DNA of 64,000 nt from an uncultured Solirubrobacterales bacterium (lineage in GTDB: Bacteria; Actinomycetota; Thermoleophilia; Solirubrobacterales; Solirubrobacteraceae). This document shows, piece after piece, positions 13,974 to 22,408 of this stretch; positions within the stretch are counted from its first letter, which is position 1; each line of letters begins with the position of its first letter. The stretch covers positions 959,637-1,023,636 of the forward strand of contig CAWHSI010000001.1 in NCBI GenBank assembly GCA_963831995.1, given 5' to 3'. Under the pieces are notes generated by a model. The model saw nothing but the letters and a program-made list of their open reading frames with translations, made no database searches and had not been told where the DNA came from. The position numbers and the translations under genes are program-made.

Positions 13974-14642
13974 ATGAAGCAGCTCGCCGAGGACGTGTAC
14001 ATGCTCAGGGGGTGGCCGCCCAACGCGATCAACGTGTATGTGGCGGGAGAGGTGCTGATCGACTCGGCCACACGCCAGGCCGAGAAACGCATCTTCAAGC
14101 AGATCGCCGGGCGCACGCTGAGCGCACACGCGCTGACGCACGTGCACCCCGACCATCAGGGCTGCAGCCACGCGGTGTGCGAGCGCCTGGGCATCCCCCT
14201 GTGGGTGGGCCAGGACGACGTCCCGGCGATGGAGGTCGCGGGCGGCGTGGTCGGCGCGAAGGCGCCCGCGGCGATGAAGCGCCTGCAGGAGCGCTTCTGG
14301 GTCGGTCCTCCCCATCCCGTGTCGAGGGCGCTGCACGAGGGCGAGGAGGTGGCGGGATTCACGGTGCTCGACACGCCCGGGCACACGCGCGGGCACGTGT
14401 CCTTCTGGCGCGAGTCAGACCGTGTGCTGATCCTGGGCGATGTCATCAACAACATGAACCTGATGACCGGCATCCCGGGGCTGCACGAGCCACCGCACCT
14501 GTTCGCCGTCGATCCCGCGCAAAACCGCGCATCGATCCGCAGGCTCGCGGCGCTGCGTCCCGCGCTTGCGCTGTTCGGCCACGGCGCCCCGCTGCGCGAC
14601 CCGGACAAGCTGGCGGACTTCGCGGCCGGACTGCCGGCCTGA
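13974..14642 (+). CDS. MBL-fold metallo-hydrolase
   Basis: THVHPDHQG, TPGHTRGH, GD, FGHG; GGAGG RBS before ATG 13974. Confidence 0.92.
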   Translation: MKQLAEDVYMLRGWPPNAINVYVAGEVLIDSATRQAEKRIFKQIAGRTLSAHALTHVHPDHQGCSHAVCERLGIPLWVGQDDVPAMEVAGGVVGAKAPAAMKRLQERFWVGPPHPVSRALHEGEEVAGFTVLDTPGHTRGHVSFWRESDRVLILGDVINNMNLMTGIPGLHEPPHLFAVDPAQNRASIRRLAALRPALALFGHGAPLRDPDKLADFAAGLPA

Positions 14643-14727
14643 GCGGCGCCGTTTCGGCCGCCCGCGCCGGCGTGTACCGGAGCCTTCTCGCGGTCACGGC
14701 GGCGCCAGCGCATACGATGCCGCCGCG

Positions 14728-15573
14728 ATGACCGACAGCATCTTCCTCGCCGACGGCGAGCTGTTGCTCCCGACGGAGTACGCACGCGGCCCGTGGGACC
14801 CGAACGCCCTGCACGGCGGCGCCCCGGCGGCGCTGATCGCGGCGGCGTTCGAGCGGATGCAGCCGGGCGCCGAGCTGCCGTTTGCGCGCCTGTCCTTCGA
14901 ATTTCTGCGCCCAGTGCCGATGGTGCCGCTGACGCTCAGCACGCGCATCTCGCGGCCGGGGCGGCGCGTGCAGGCGCTTCAGGCGGAGCTGAGCGCCGGC
15001 GGCGTGGCGGTTTGTCGCGCCAGCGCATTGCGCCTGGTGCCAGCGCCCCAGCAGCTGCCGCAGACGGCGCTCGAGCTGGTGCGAGCCGCCAGCCCGCCGA
15101 CTATCGCCGGGCCGCAGGACGGCCACGACGTGCTGTTCGCGCTCGACGGCATGGATCGCAAGAGCTTCGCGGCGAGCGCGATGGAGATGCGCTTCCTGAG
15201 GGGACACCCGCTGGCGGGCGAGCTGCCGGAGCTGGACACGCAATCCCAGCACCTCCCGAGCGGCGCGGCGACGGTGTGGATGCGGCTACGCCATCCGCTG
15301 CTGGCAGACGAGCCGCTGACGCCGCTTTCGCGGGTGGCGGCCGCGGCCGACTTCGGCAACGGGGTGGCCGCGGTGGTGCCGTTCGACGAGTACCTGTTCA
15401 TCAACGCCGACCTGTCGATCTCGCTCGACCGCCCGCCGGTGGGCGAATGGGTGGCGCTGGACGCCTGCACGTTGCTGCGCCCTGGCGGAGTCGGCTGGGC
15501 CGAGAGCGTGCTGCACGACGAGCACGGGCCGGTGGGCCGGGCCACGCAGGCGCTGGTGGTGCAGCGACGCTAA
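14728..15573 (+). CDS. double-hotdog thioesterase family protein
   Basis: GPWDPNALHGG, FEFLRPVP, AADFGNG, FINADLS. Confidence 0.88.
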   Translation: MTDSIFLADGELLLPTEYARGPWDPNALHGGAPAALIAAAFERMQPGAELPFARLSFEFLRPVPMVPLTLSTRISRPGRRVQALQAELSAGGVAVCRASALRLVPAPQQLPQTALELVRAASPPTIAGPQDGHDVLFALDGMDRKSFAASAMEMRFLRGHPLAGELPELDTQSQHLPSGAATVWMRLRHPLLADEPLTPLSRVAAAADFGNGVAAVVPFDEYLFINADLSISLDRPPVGEWVALDACTLLRPGGVGWAESVLHDEHGPVGRATQALVVQRR

Positions 15574-15630
15574 ATCGGCAACCGAGCGAGCTTGCGGTCA
15601 CGTCTGACGCCGGGGCTATCGTGTTCGCCC

Positions 15631-17175
15631 TTGCACTCAGACACCGTAGAGACTGCCGTCGTGACCGTATCGGAGTATTCGGCTCGGATGAGTCGAGTTC
15701 TGCGCTCGGTCGGCGGCGCAATCGTCGAGGGCGAGATCCAGAAGCCCAAGAGATCGGCTAGCGGAGCCTTCTGGTTTTCGCTCACGGACGGCAACGCGGT
15801 CCTGAGCTGCAAGGTCTTTGGTCGACAGGTCGAACGGTTGGAGCACGTCCCGGACGATGGCGACCTCGTGCGAGTCGAGGTGGAGCGCCCCGATCTCTGG
15901 ACTCAGACCGGCAAGCTGGACCTCATCGTCGGCCAGATTCGTCTTGCCGGCGAGGGCGAGCTGCTTCGCAGACGCCAGGGGTTGATCGACCGTCTCGGCG
16001 CGGAGGGGCTGTGCGACCCCGCGCGCCGTCGCCCATTGCCGAAGTTCCCACGGGCGGTCGGCGTCATCGCCGGGGCCGGCTCAGACGCCATGAGCGATGT
16101 TCGCCAGGCGCTCGTCGACCGCTGGCCGTGCGTCCACATCGTGACATGCGCTTCGCTGGTGCAGGGCAAGCGAGCGCCCGGCAACCTGATCGACGCCCTC
16201 GCCCGTATGACCGAGCATCCGCTCATCGAGGTGGTGATCATCGCCCGCGGCGGAGGCTCGGTGCAGGACCTGGCCTGTTTCGACGACGAGGGGCTGTGCA
16301 GAGCCGTGTTCGCCTGCGAATTGCCGGTTGTGTGCGCAATCGGTCACACCGATAACAATCCCGTCTGCAATCACGTTGCTTGGCCGGCCTACACCCCCTC
16401 TCGCTCCGCCGAGTTGGTGGTGCCCAGCGCCTCTCAGCTCAGACGGGACTTTGAGGCGATCGACAGTCGCCTCGACGACGTGCCGCGCCGCATCGGACTG
16501 GTAGCCGAGCGATTGGAGCATGCAGGCGAGCAGCTTCACTGCGCGGCCAAGCTCGACGCGTACTCTGGCCAGGTGAAGGAACATGTCAGCCGAGCCGGGG
16601 GAGCAGTTGGCGACCTTCTTGCCGATCGCAAGTATGATGTGCAAGGTGCCCAGGGCGTGCTGGATGCGGCTCCCCATCGCGCAATCCGGAATCTGAGCAC
16701 ACAGCGCGAGCGACTGCGCGCGGCGACATCAGCGGTCGCCGCCACGCGAGGACAGGTCGATCGCCTGATCGCCGAGGTCCAAGGACTCGGCAACGCGGTC
16801 CGCGTTGGCGCGCGGCGACAGTGCGACGACCATACGCGCGACTATCGTCGAGCGCTCGACCGGTTGCTGCGCGAGGCCCGTGCCAGCGTCGATCGACACA
16901 CCGACAGGAAGAGCGAGCGAGTCAAGCGAGAGGGCGCTTTACTGACTGAACGCTCCCACCGGCGACTCGAGGATGCTCGGCGTGATGCCGCGCATGTTGT
17001 CGCCGTCATCGCAGCCCGTGATTTCCGCACCCGGGGCTGGTTGTGGGCAACCAGCGAGGACGGACCTGTGCTCTCCACCGCCGACCTGCGACTGGGACAG
17101 CACATCGATATTCGCCTTCGTGACGGCCATGCAAACGTTGTCGTCGACACCATCGATCCCGACAGAGGGAGCTAG
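15631..17175 (+). CDS. xseA: exodeoxyribonuclease VII large subunit (divergent)
   Basis: OB-fold VEGEI...FWFSLTD, LPKFPRAVGVI, LVQG, IIARGGGSVQDLACFD, CAIGHTDN, TPSRSAE, coiled-coil C-half. Start uncertain (15592, 15631 or 15661). Confidence 0.88.
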   Translation: MHSDTVETAVVTVSEYSARMSRVLRSVGGAIVEGEIQKPKRSASGAFWFSLTDGNAVLSCKVFGRQVERLEHVPDDGDLVRVEVERPDLWTQTGKLDLIVGQIRLAGEGELLRRRQGLIDRLGAEGLCDPARRRPLPKFPRAVGVIAGAGSDAMSDVRQALVDRWPCVHIVTCASLVQGKRAPGNLIDALARMTEHPLIEVVIIARGGGSVQDLACFDDEGLCRAVFACELPVVCAIGHTDNNPVCNHVAWPAYTPSRSAELVVPSASQLRRDFEAIDSRLDDVPRRIGLVAERLEHAGEQLHCAAKLDAYSGQVKEHVSRAGGAVGDLLADRKYDVQGAQGVLDAAPHRAIRNLSTQRERLRAATSAVAATRGQVDRLIAEVQGLGNAVRVGARRQCDDHTRDYRRALDRLLREARASVDRHTDRKSERVKREGALLTERSHRRLEDARRDAAHVVAVIAARDFRTRGWLWATSEDGPVLSTADLRLGQHIDIRLRDGHANVVVDTIDPDRGS

Positions 17176-17177
17176 AC

Positions 17178-17486
17178 ATGAGCGAAACCAGGGAACTGAC
17201 GTTTGAGCATGGCTACCAGCGCCTGCAAACGATCGCCGGACGCCTCGCCGAAGAGGAGGTGCCGGTATCCGAGATGTGCGACCTGTTCGCCGAGGGCAAG
17301 GGACTCGAGAAGGCTCTAACCAGCTACCTGGACGAGCAGCGTTCCCGCGTCGACGCGATCGAGGCGGGCGAGGGAATCCAAGCGTTCAAGATCGCCGCAA
17401 CGGCGCCGGACAGAAACAAGACGACCAGCTCGTTCGAGCCGGTTTCGACGCCGCTGCCAGCCGCGGGCGACGACATCCCCTTCTGA
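17178..17486 (+). CDS. xseB: exodeoxyribonuclease VII small subunit with C-terminal extension ending DDIPF
   Basis: LTFEHGYQRLQTIAGRL...LFAEGKGL...L XseB pattern, directly after xseA with GGGAG RBS. Confidence 0.8.
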   Translation: MSETRELTFEHGYQRLQTIAGRLAEEEVPVSEMCDLFAEGKGLEKALTSYLDEQRSRVDAIEAGEGIQAFKIAATAPDRNKTTSSFEPVSTPLPAAGDDIPF

Positions 17487-17496
17487 GCGGACCGCC

Positions 17497-18183
17497 TCAT
17501 CGATCGGGTTCGAGAGCCGGGAACGGTCCGGCCAACGAGGCGAGCACATGATCGGGGTCGGCGGCGCGCAGTTCCTGCACGTCGTAGCGCCCGCTTGCGA
17601 CCCCGACGGACACCGCGCCGACGCCCTCCGCGGCGGCGATGTCGAGCGGCGTGTCCCCCACGACGTACACCTCGCGCTGCTCGAGCGCACGCCCGAGCAG
17701 GCTCTCCCCGCGCTGCACCGCGGCGCGGGTGAGCGCCACGCGGTCCTCGGAGTCCGAGCCGTAGCCACCGAACAGGAAGAAGTGGTTGAGCTGGCCGCGC
17801 CCGAGCTTGGCGTGAGCCGCGGCTTCGAGGCCCCCCGTCGTCAGCCCGAGCGCGATGCCCGCCTCGGTGAGCTCCTCCAGCAGCTCGCGCACGCCCTCGA
17901 GCACGCGATAGTCCTCCGAGGCGGCCACGAAGTCGGGCAGCACGGCCTGATAGCTGGCCATCAGCCGCGTCAGCTCCTCGCCGGTCGGTTCGCGCTGCAT
18001 GACCTCTTTGAACGTGGCGCGGCCGATCGCCGGGTCGGTCATCCCCGCCGTGGTGTGTTCGGCGATGTCGACCCTTCGATCGAACTGGCGCTCGAACGCC
18101 CATGTCCAGCTGCGCGCTCCAGCCCCGCCGGTGTCGATCAGGGTGCCGTCGATGTCGAACAGGATCAGCTTCGCGCGGGCCAC
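17497..18183 (-). CDS. HAD-family hydrolase
   Basis: LFDIDGTL motif I, LTTG, K, VGDTPLD motif IV. Confidence 0.9.
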   Translation of the reverse strand: MARAKLILFDIDGTLIDTGGAGARSWTWAFERQFDRRVDIAEHTTAGMTDPAIGRATFKEVMQREPTGEELTRLMASYQAVLPDFVAASEDYRVLEGVRELLEELTEAGIALGLTTGGLEAAAHAKLGRGQLNHFFLFGGYGSDSEDRVALTRAAVQRGESLLGRALEQREVYVVGDTPLDIAAAEGVGAVSVGVASGRYDVQELRAADPDHVLASLAGPFPALEPDR

Positions 18184-18329
18184 CGGCCCATTGTCCTACA
18201 CGGGCCCGCCAGTAGATGCCGAGGGCGCTCCACGCCCCCTCCGGGAGGCTGAAGACGGCGCTCGCACGCCCGGGAGCCCGCAAACGGTCACCCCACGCCC
18301 GGGAACTCCGTCGCCTGACGCAGCGCGAC

Positions 18330-18383
18330 TTATTCGAGGCGCCACGCGTTATTCGAGGCGGCACACACGAGTCATTCGAGGCA
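18330..18383. repeat. three direct repeats T(T/C)ATTCGAGGC(G/A)
   Basis: Copies at 18330-18341, 18349-18360 and 18372-18383, between the divergent HAD and yceI genes. Confidence 0.75.
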
Positions 18384-18398
18384 GCCCCACCCATGTAG

Positions 18399-18426
18399 TT
18401 GCATGTACAAGCATCTGTTGTATAAT
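18399..18426 (+). promoter_or_regulatory. sigma70-type promoter of the yceI-like gene with overlapping TTG-N6-CAA palindrome
   Basis: TTGCAT (18399-18404), 16 bp, TATAAT (18421-18426); TTGcatgtaCAA overlaps the -35. Confidence 0.7.
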
Positions 18427-18504
18427 TGTGGGATCAACGACTTGGTGGCTCCGGTGCCGATCGTTGCGCCGGGCCTCCCATCCAAACCATGCAAAGGAGC
18501 TCCA

Positions 18505-19080
18505 ATGTCCGACACCGCTACAACCATCGCCCCTTCCCCCTCCGCCGTGACGCCGCTGCCGAGCGGCACGTGGAGGGTCGATCCGGTCCACTCGAGCGTC
18601 GAGTTCCACGTCAAGCACCTCGGCATCGCCACCGTCAAGGGTCAGTTCAAAGAGTTCGAGGGCACGCTCGAGATCGGCGACGCCGGCGCTCGCGCCTACG
18701 GAACGGTGGAGGTCGCCAGCGTCGACACGCGCGAGCCCCAGCGCGACGAGCACCTGCGCTCCGCCGACTTCTTCGAGGTCGAGAGCTTCCCCCAGATCGC
18801 CTTCGAGTCGACCGCGATCCGCGCGACGGGCGAGGACGAGTTCGAGATCGACGCGAACCTCACGATCCACGGCGTGACAAACAGCGTCACGCTGAAGGCC
18901 ACCTACGAGGGCGCCGAGACCGACCCCCAGGGCAATGAGCGCGTCGGTGTGTCAGCCACCGCACAGATCAGCCGCGGCGACTACGGCATGAAGTTCAACG
19001 CCGCGCTCGGCTCCGGGAACGTCGTGGTCAGCGACAAGGTCAAGATCCTTGTCGATGTATCGGCGGTGAAGCAGGGGTAG
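18505..19080 (+). CDS. YceI family lipid/isoprenoid-binding protein
   Basis: WRVDPVHSSVEF, TVKGQF, RDEHLRSADFF, LTIHGVT, ISRGDYG; AAAGGAG RBS. Confidence 0.93.
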   Translation: MSDTATTIAPSPSAVTPLPSGTWRVDPVHSSVEFHVKHLGIATVKGQFKEFEGTLEIGDAGARAYGTVEVASVDTREPQRDEHLRSADFFEVESFPQIAFESTAIRATGEDEFEIDANLTIHGVTNSVTLKATYEGAETDPQGNERVGVSATAQISRGDYGMKFNAALGSGNVVVSDKVKILVDVSAVKQG

Positions 19081-19124
19081 GCGCCGTCCGCGCGCGAGCT
19101 CGAGGCTCCGGGGCAGCCCGAGTC

Positions 19125-19949
19125 TCAGAGCTTTGCGAGCTCGCGCTTGGCGGCGTCGATGGGGATCGCGAAGGCGATGCCGACGCTGCCTCCGTGTTCT
19201 CCGCCGGTCTCGATTTGCGAGTTGATGCCTATCGCTTCGCCCGCTTCGTTGAGCAATGGCCCGCCGGAGTTGCCGGGGTTGATTGGGGCGTCGGTTTGGA
19301 TGACGTCGGGGATCGTGGCGCCGTTGGGTGCCTGGATCTGACGTTCGAGCGCCGAGACGATGCCGGTGGTGAGCGTGCGCGCCAGCCCGAAGGGGTTGCC
19401 GATGGCAAGCACGGAATCGCCGACCCGCGCTTGACTTGAGTCGCCGAGCACGAGCGGGTGCAAAGTGAGCCCCGCGGTCGGTATGTGCAGGACCGCGATG
19501 TCATCGGATGGGTCCTTGCCAATCACGCTTGCTTCGACGGTTCGTCCGTGTTCAAGGCCGACGGTGATCTTCGACGCGCCGGCTACGACATGCCAGTTGG
19601 TAAGGATCGTGCCGGACCCGTCGATCTCAAAGCCAGAACCGGTCGCGGTCCCCGCCTCGCCGCCTTCGCCCTTGAACATTTCCTCTGGGGTGCGTGCTTG
19701 GCTGACGCCAGACGCGTTGATGAAGACGACACCAGGAGCGTCCCGTTCATAGATCGCACGCGGGCTGAGCGCACGACCATCGATTGAAGCGAACGCCGAG
19801 CTGGGAAGGGTCTGCTGCACCGTCACCGTCTTGCTCGACGACCCCAAACCGCCGCTTGCAGCGAGGACGCCGAGGATCACAGCGGCCACCAGAGCACCGG
19901 CAGCGGCGCCCGCCGCAAACGAGCCGCGTAGCGAACGATCTGTCATCAC
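19125..19949 (-). CDS. membrane-anchored trypsin-like (S1C) serine protease without PDZ
   Basis: N-terminal TM, GSGF, TNWHVV, DDIAVL, AIGNPFG, TDAPINPGNSGGPL; ends right after the protease domain. Confidence 0.9.
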   Translation of the reverse strand: MMTDRSLRGSFAAGAAAGALVAAVILGVLAASGGLGSSSKTVTVQQTLPSSAFASIDGRALSPRAIYERDAPGVVFINASGVSQARTPEEMFKGEGGEAGTATGSGFEIDGSGTILTNWHVVAGASKITVGLEHGRTVEASVIGKDPSDDIAVLHIPTAGLTLHPLVLGDSSQARVGDSVLAIGNPFGLARTLTTGIVSALERQIQAPNGATIPDVIQTDAPINPGNSGGPLLNEAGEAIGINSQIETGGEHGGSVGIAFAIPIDAAKRELAKL

Positions 19950-20198
19950 TTTGTTACGATAGGAGACATTAATTCCTTGTTTACTATCACAGCGATAGCG
20001 TCAAGTACGCCGAACACAATACCCACCATCTAACGACCAATCATATATCGAACGAGGCGCCCCTACCCCCAAACCCCAAGATCACCTGTCCTGCCTGTGC
20101 CTCTCCCCGCCGTTTTCGGCCATCGTGCTCGTAATTTATGTATTCCATCCTTCGCCTTTTCCGAGACTTCTTTCTTCCAGTGTCGGAACTGTGTTGAA

Positions 20199-20263
20199 CT
20201 CGAAGGCATGAAGTTCAAGGACGGAATCAAGGTCACAGATGACGAAACCACGACAACAAACGA
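20199..20263 (+). pseudogene. possible remnant of an IS256-family transposase C-terminus
   Basis: Reads LEGMKFKDGIKVTDDETTTTN, resembling the GxxFxDG tail of IS256 transposases (recalled pattern, short); cut by the IS110 element. Confidence 0.4.
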
Positions 20264-20340
20264 ATGCCATGAAGAGGGGCCTCCTTGGTGGCAGTCTCCG
20301 GGCTGTCACCTACGGAACCGACCAAGGAGGCCTGTACATC

Positions 20341-21444
20341 ATGTTGCACGTTGGTTTGGATCTCAGTCGCAAACGGCTCGACTTCGACTTGTTGTGCGAG
20401 GACGGCTCGCGTATCGAGCAGGGCGCGGTGCCGCCAGACGCCGATGGGCTGCGCGGCCTGGCGCGCCGTCTGGAGGTGTATCGCGAACCCGTCTGCGCGG
20501 CGATCGAGTCGATGAATGGTGCGCGGTTCGTGCATGACCGGCTCGAGGAGGCGGGCTGGACGGTCGAGATCGCAGACGCGCAGAAGGTCAAGGGGCTGGC
20601 GCCATTGGCGTGCAAGACCGACAAGATCGACGCGTGGGTTTTGGCTGAGCTCTCCCGGCGTGATCTGGTGCCAGCGATCTGGCTACCCGATCCCGCCGTC
20701 CGCGGGGAGCGCGAGCGCGCACGGTTCAGGCTGCATCTGGTGCGCCACCGCACCGCTTTGAAGAACCGCACCCATCAGACGCTCGTCGCGTTTGGGGTGC
20801 CATGCCCGACTGCTGACCTGTTCGGCGAGAAAGGCCGTCAGCTGCTGGCGCGCCTGTCGCTGCCGGACCCCTGGGCGCAAACCGTGACGGCGAGCTTGGC
20901 GTTGATCGAAGATCTCGACGCCCAGGTCATCGCCTGCGAGCGTGAGCTGCGCGATCTCGGCGCCGACCACCACTACGTGCCGCTGCTCACGAGCGCGCCC
21001 GGGATCGCGTGGGTGCTCGGGTACACGATCGCTTCAGAGATCGGCGACATCAACCGTTTCGCCTCCCCGAGCAAGCTGTGCGGGTACACCGGGCTGTGCC
21101 CACGCGTCTACCAGTCCGGCGAGCGCGACCACCGAGGATCGCTCTCCAAGAACGGCCCGAAGTACCTGCGCTGGGCGCTGATCGAGGCCGCCGTCCACGC
21201 CGCCCGGCACCCGGTCTACCGCGAGCGCTACCAGCGCACCGCGACACGCCTGGGCCGCCAGCGCGGCAAGAAGATCGCCCGCGTCGAGATCGCCCGCAAG
21301 CTCGCTGAGGCGATCTGGCACATGCTCAAGAAAAACCAAAACTTCGCTCCGGCAGGCGCCCCATCTTCTCTGGCCGCGCGACGGCCCCCTGACGAGATGC
21401 GCCACCGGACGCGAGGACTCCCATCCAGCCTAGTCATCCCATGA
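20341..21444 (+). CDS. IS110-family DEDD transposase/recombinase
   Basis: LHVGLDLS, AIES, KTDKIDA (RuvC DEDD), PGIAWVLG, YTGLCPRVYQSG (catalytic Ser), KNGPKYLRWAL; AAGGAGG RBS before ATG 20341. Confidence 0.95.
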   Translation: MLHVGLDLSRKRLDFDLLCEDGSRIEQGAVPPDADGLRGLARRLEVYREPVCAAIESMNGARFVHDRLEEAGWTVEIADAQKVKGLAPLACKTDKIDAWVLAELSRRDLVPAIWLPDPAVRGERERARFRLHLVRHRTALKNRTHQTLVAFGVPCPTADLFGEKGRQLLARLSLPDPWAQTVTASLALIEDLDAQVIACERELRDLGADHHYVPLLTSAPGIAWVLGYTIASEIGDINRFASPSKLCGYTGLCPRVYQSGERDHRGSLSKNGPKYLRWALIEAAVHAARHPVYRERYQRTATRLGRQRGKKIARVEIARKLAEAIWHMLKKNQNFAPAGAPSSLAARRPPDEMRHRTRGLPSSLVIP

Positions 21445-21471
21445 GGACGCGATAGAGAGATGAGCCCTCGC
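21355..21471 (+). ncRNA. candidate bridge RNA / seekRNA core with two guide-bearing internal loops
   Basis: Two parallel CATC...GATG-closed internal loops. Loop 1 carries TCTTCTC (reverse complement of core plus right flank GAGAAGA) and TGACGA (left flank plus core is AAACGA). Loop 2 carries ATAGAGA (right end plus core). Confidence 0.65.
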
Positions 21472-21710
21472 TCGAACACCACGACAACGCGAAGAAGGAG
21501 GACCACCACCCCGTAGCGGAGCTGGGAACGGCCGCCCGCGTCAAGCGCGCACACCCCCGCCACCAACCCGGGCTACGACGCGAATGCTCGCAGGCACTTC
21601 CGCGCGCTTGACCCAGCCAGCCGCCCCCGCTGAAACCCGCAATCACTTCCGGGCTGACGCCCGGCACCCAAAAAAGAACCTTCACTTGACACCTGGCCCC
21701 TCTTCATAGA

Positions 21711-21785
21711 GAGAAGAAGCAGGTCGTCAAGACCGTCATAGAGAGCATCCTCCTCAGACACGAGGCCGGACGCTGGGCAGCGTAG
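21711..21785 (+). pseudogene. possible C-terminal remnant of an XRE-family regulator of the type found near Rhs loci
   Basis: Reads EKKQVVKTVIESILLRHEAGRWAA* with no N-terminus; resemblance is recalled, not searched. Confidence 0.4.
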
Positions 21786-21909
21786 AAGACGAACCCTCCA
21801 CAAACCGACGAAGACCAGTCGGCCTCAGCGACCAGCGATGCCAACCACTTGACAGCCTCCCCCAACGGGCGAGGCTGGCTACCTCCGATGAGGCGCCGCC
21901 TACGGCCTC

Positions 21910-22377
21910 TTATATCCGCTCGACGGTCTCGGCGAGTTGGGGATCACGCCCAGCGTCCAGCGCAGCGGCGATTTCCTCTATCACCCGAGCCGACCGCCGC
22001 CAGCCACTCACCCGCCACGCCAAGACTTGCGCACCGCCACCGACCGGGACGGCCCGGACGACCCACGGGCGTCCAAGCAGCGTCCGTCCGACAATACCCG
22101 CCGCGACAACCAGGCCGAGGACGACCAGCTCGATGCCGAACAGCAACAGCGGGATTACCACAATCGCGACCACCGCCACCCCGACCACAACGAGCACCGC
22201 TGCACCAAGATCAACATCACCGATGTCGGGGAGCATCAAAACCGCTTCAGCCGCCTCTCCCGCGCGTGGCTTGCCAAACCGCACCCTGCGCCAGTGCGGC
22301 AAGCCACGACTAATCCAGCGACGACCAATCCGCCACTCCATGCCGGCTGGGGTCAGCGCCACGCGAGAGCCGATCAC
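21910..22377 (-). CDS. hypothetical 2-TM membrane protein
   Basis: Long hydrophobic hairpin AAVLVVVGVAVVAIVVIPLLLFGIELVVLGLVVAAGIVG, then RPWVV...WRVSGWRRS. Start uncertain (22341, 22377 or 22452). Confidence 0.65.
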   Translation of the reverse strand: MIGSRVALTPAGMEWRIGRRWISRGLPHWRRVRFGKPRAGEAAEAVLMLPDIGDVDLGAAVLVVVGVAVVAIVVIPLLLFGIELVVLGLVVAAGIVGRTLLGRPWVVRAVPVGGGAQVLAWRVSGWRRSARVIEEIAAALDAGRDPQLAETVERI

Positions 22378-22408
22378 GGCCAAATGACGGATCGCTGGCG
22401 TCCAAACT

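Larger units (their letters stand above)
20262..21712 (+). mobile_element. IS110-family insertion sequence, IS1111 type
   Basis: Perfect 13-bp subterminal IRs ATGAAGAGGGGCC (20269-20281) and GGCCCCTCTTCAT (21695-21707). GA core at both ends (20262-20263, 21711-21712). Long 3' non-coding region. Outward TTGACA at 21686-21691. Confidence 0.9.
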
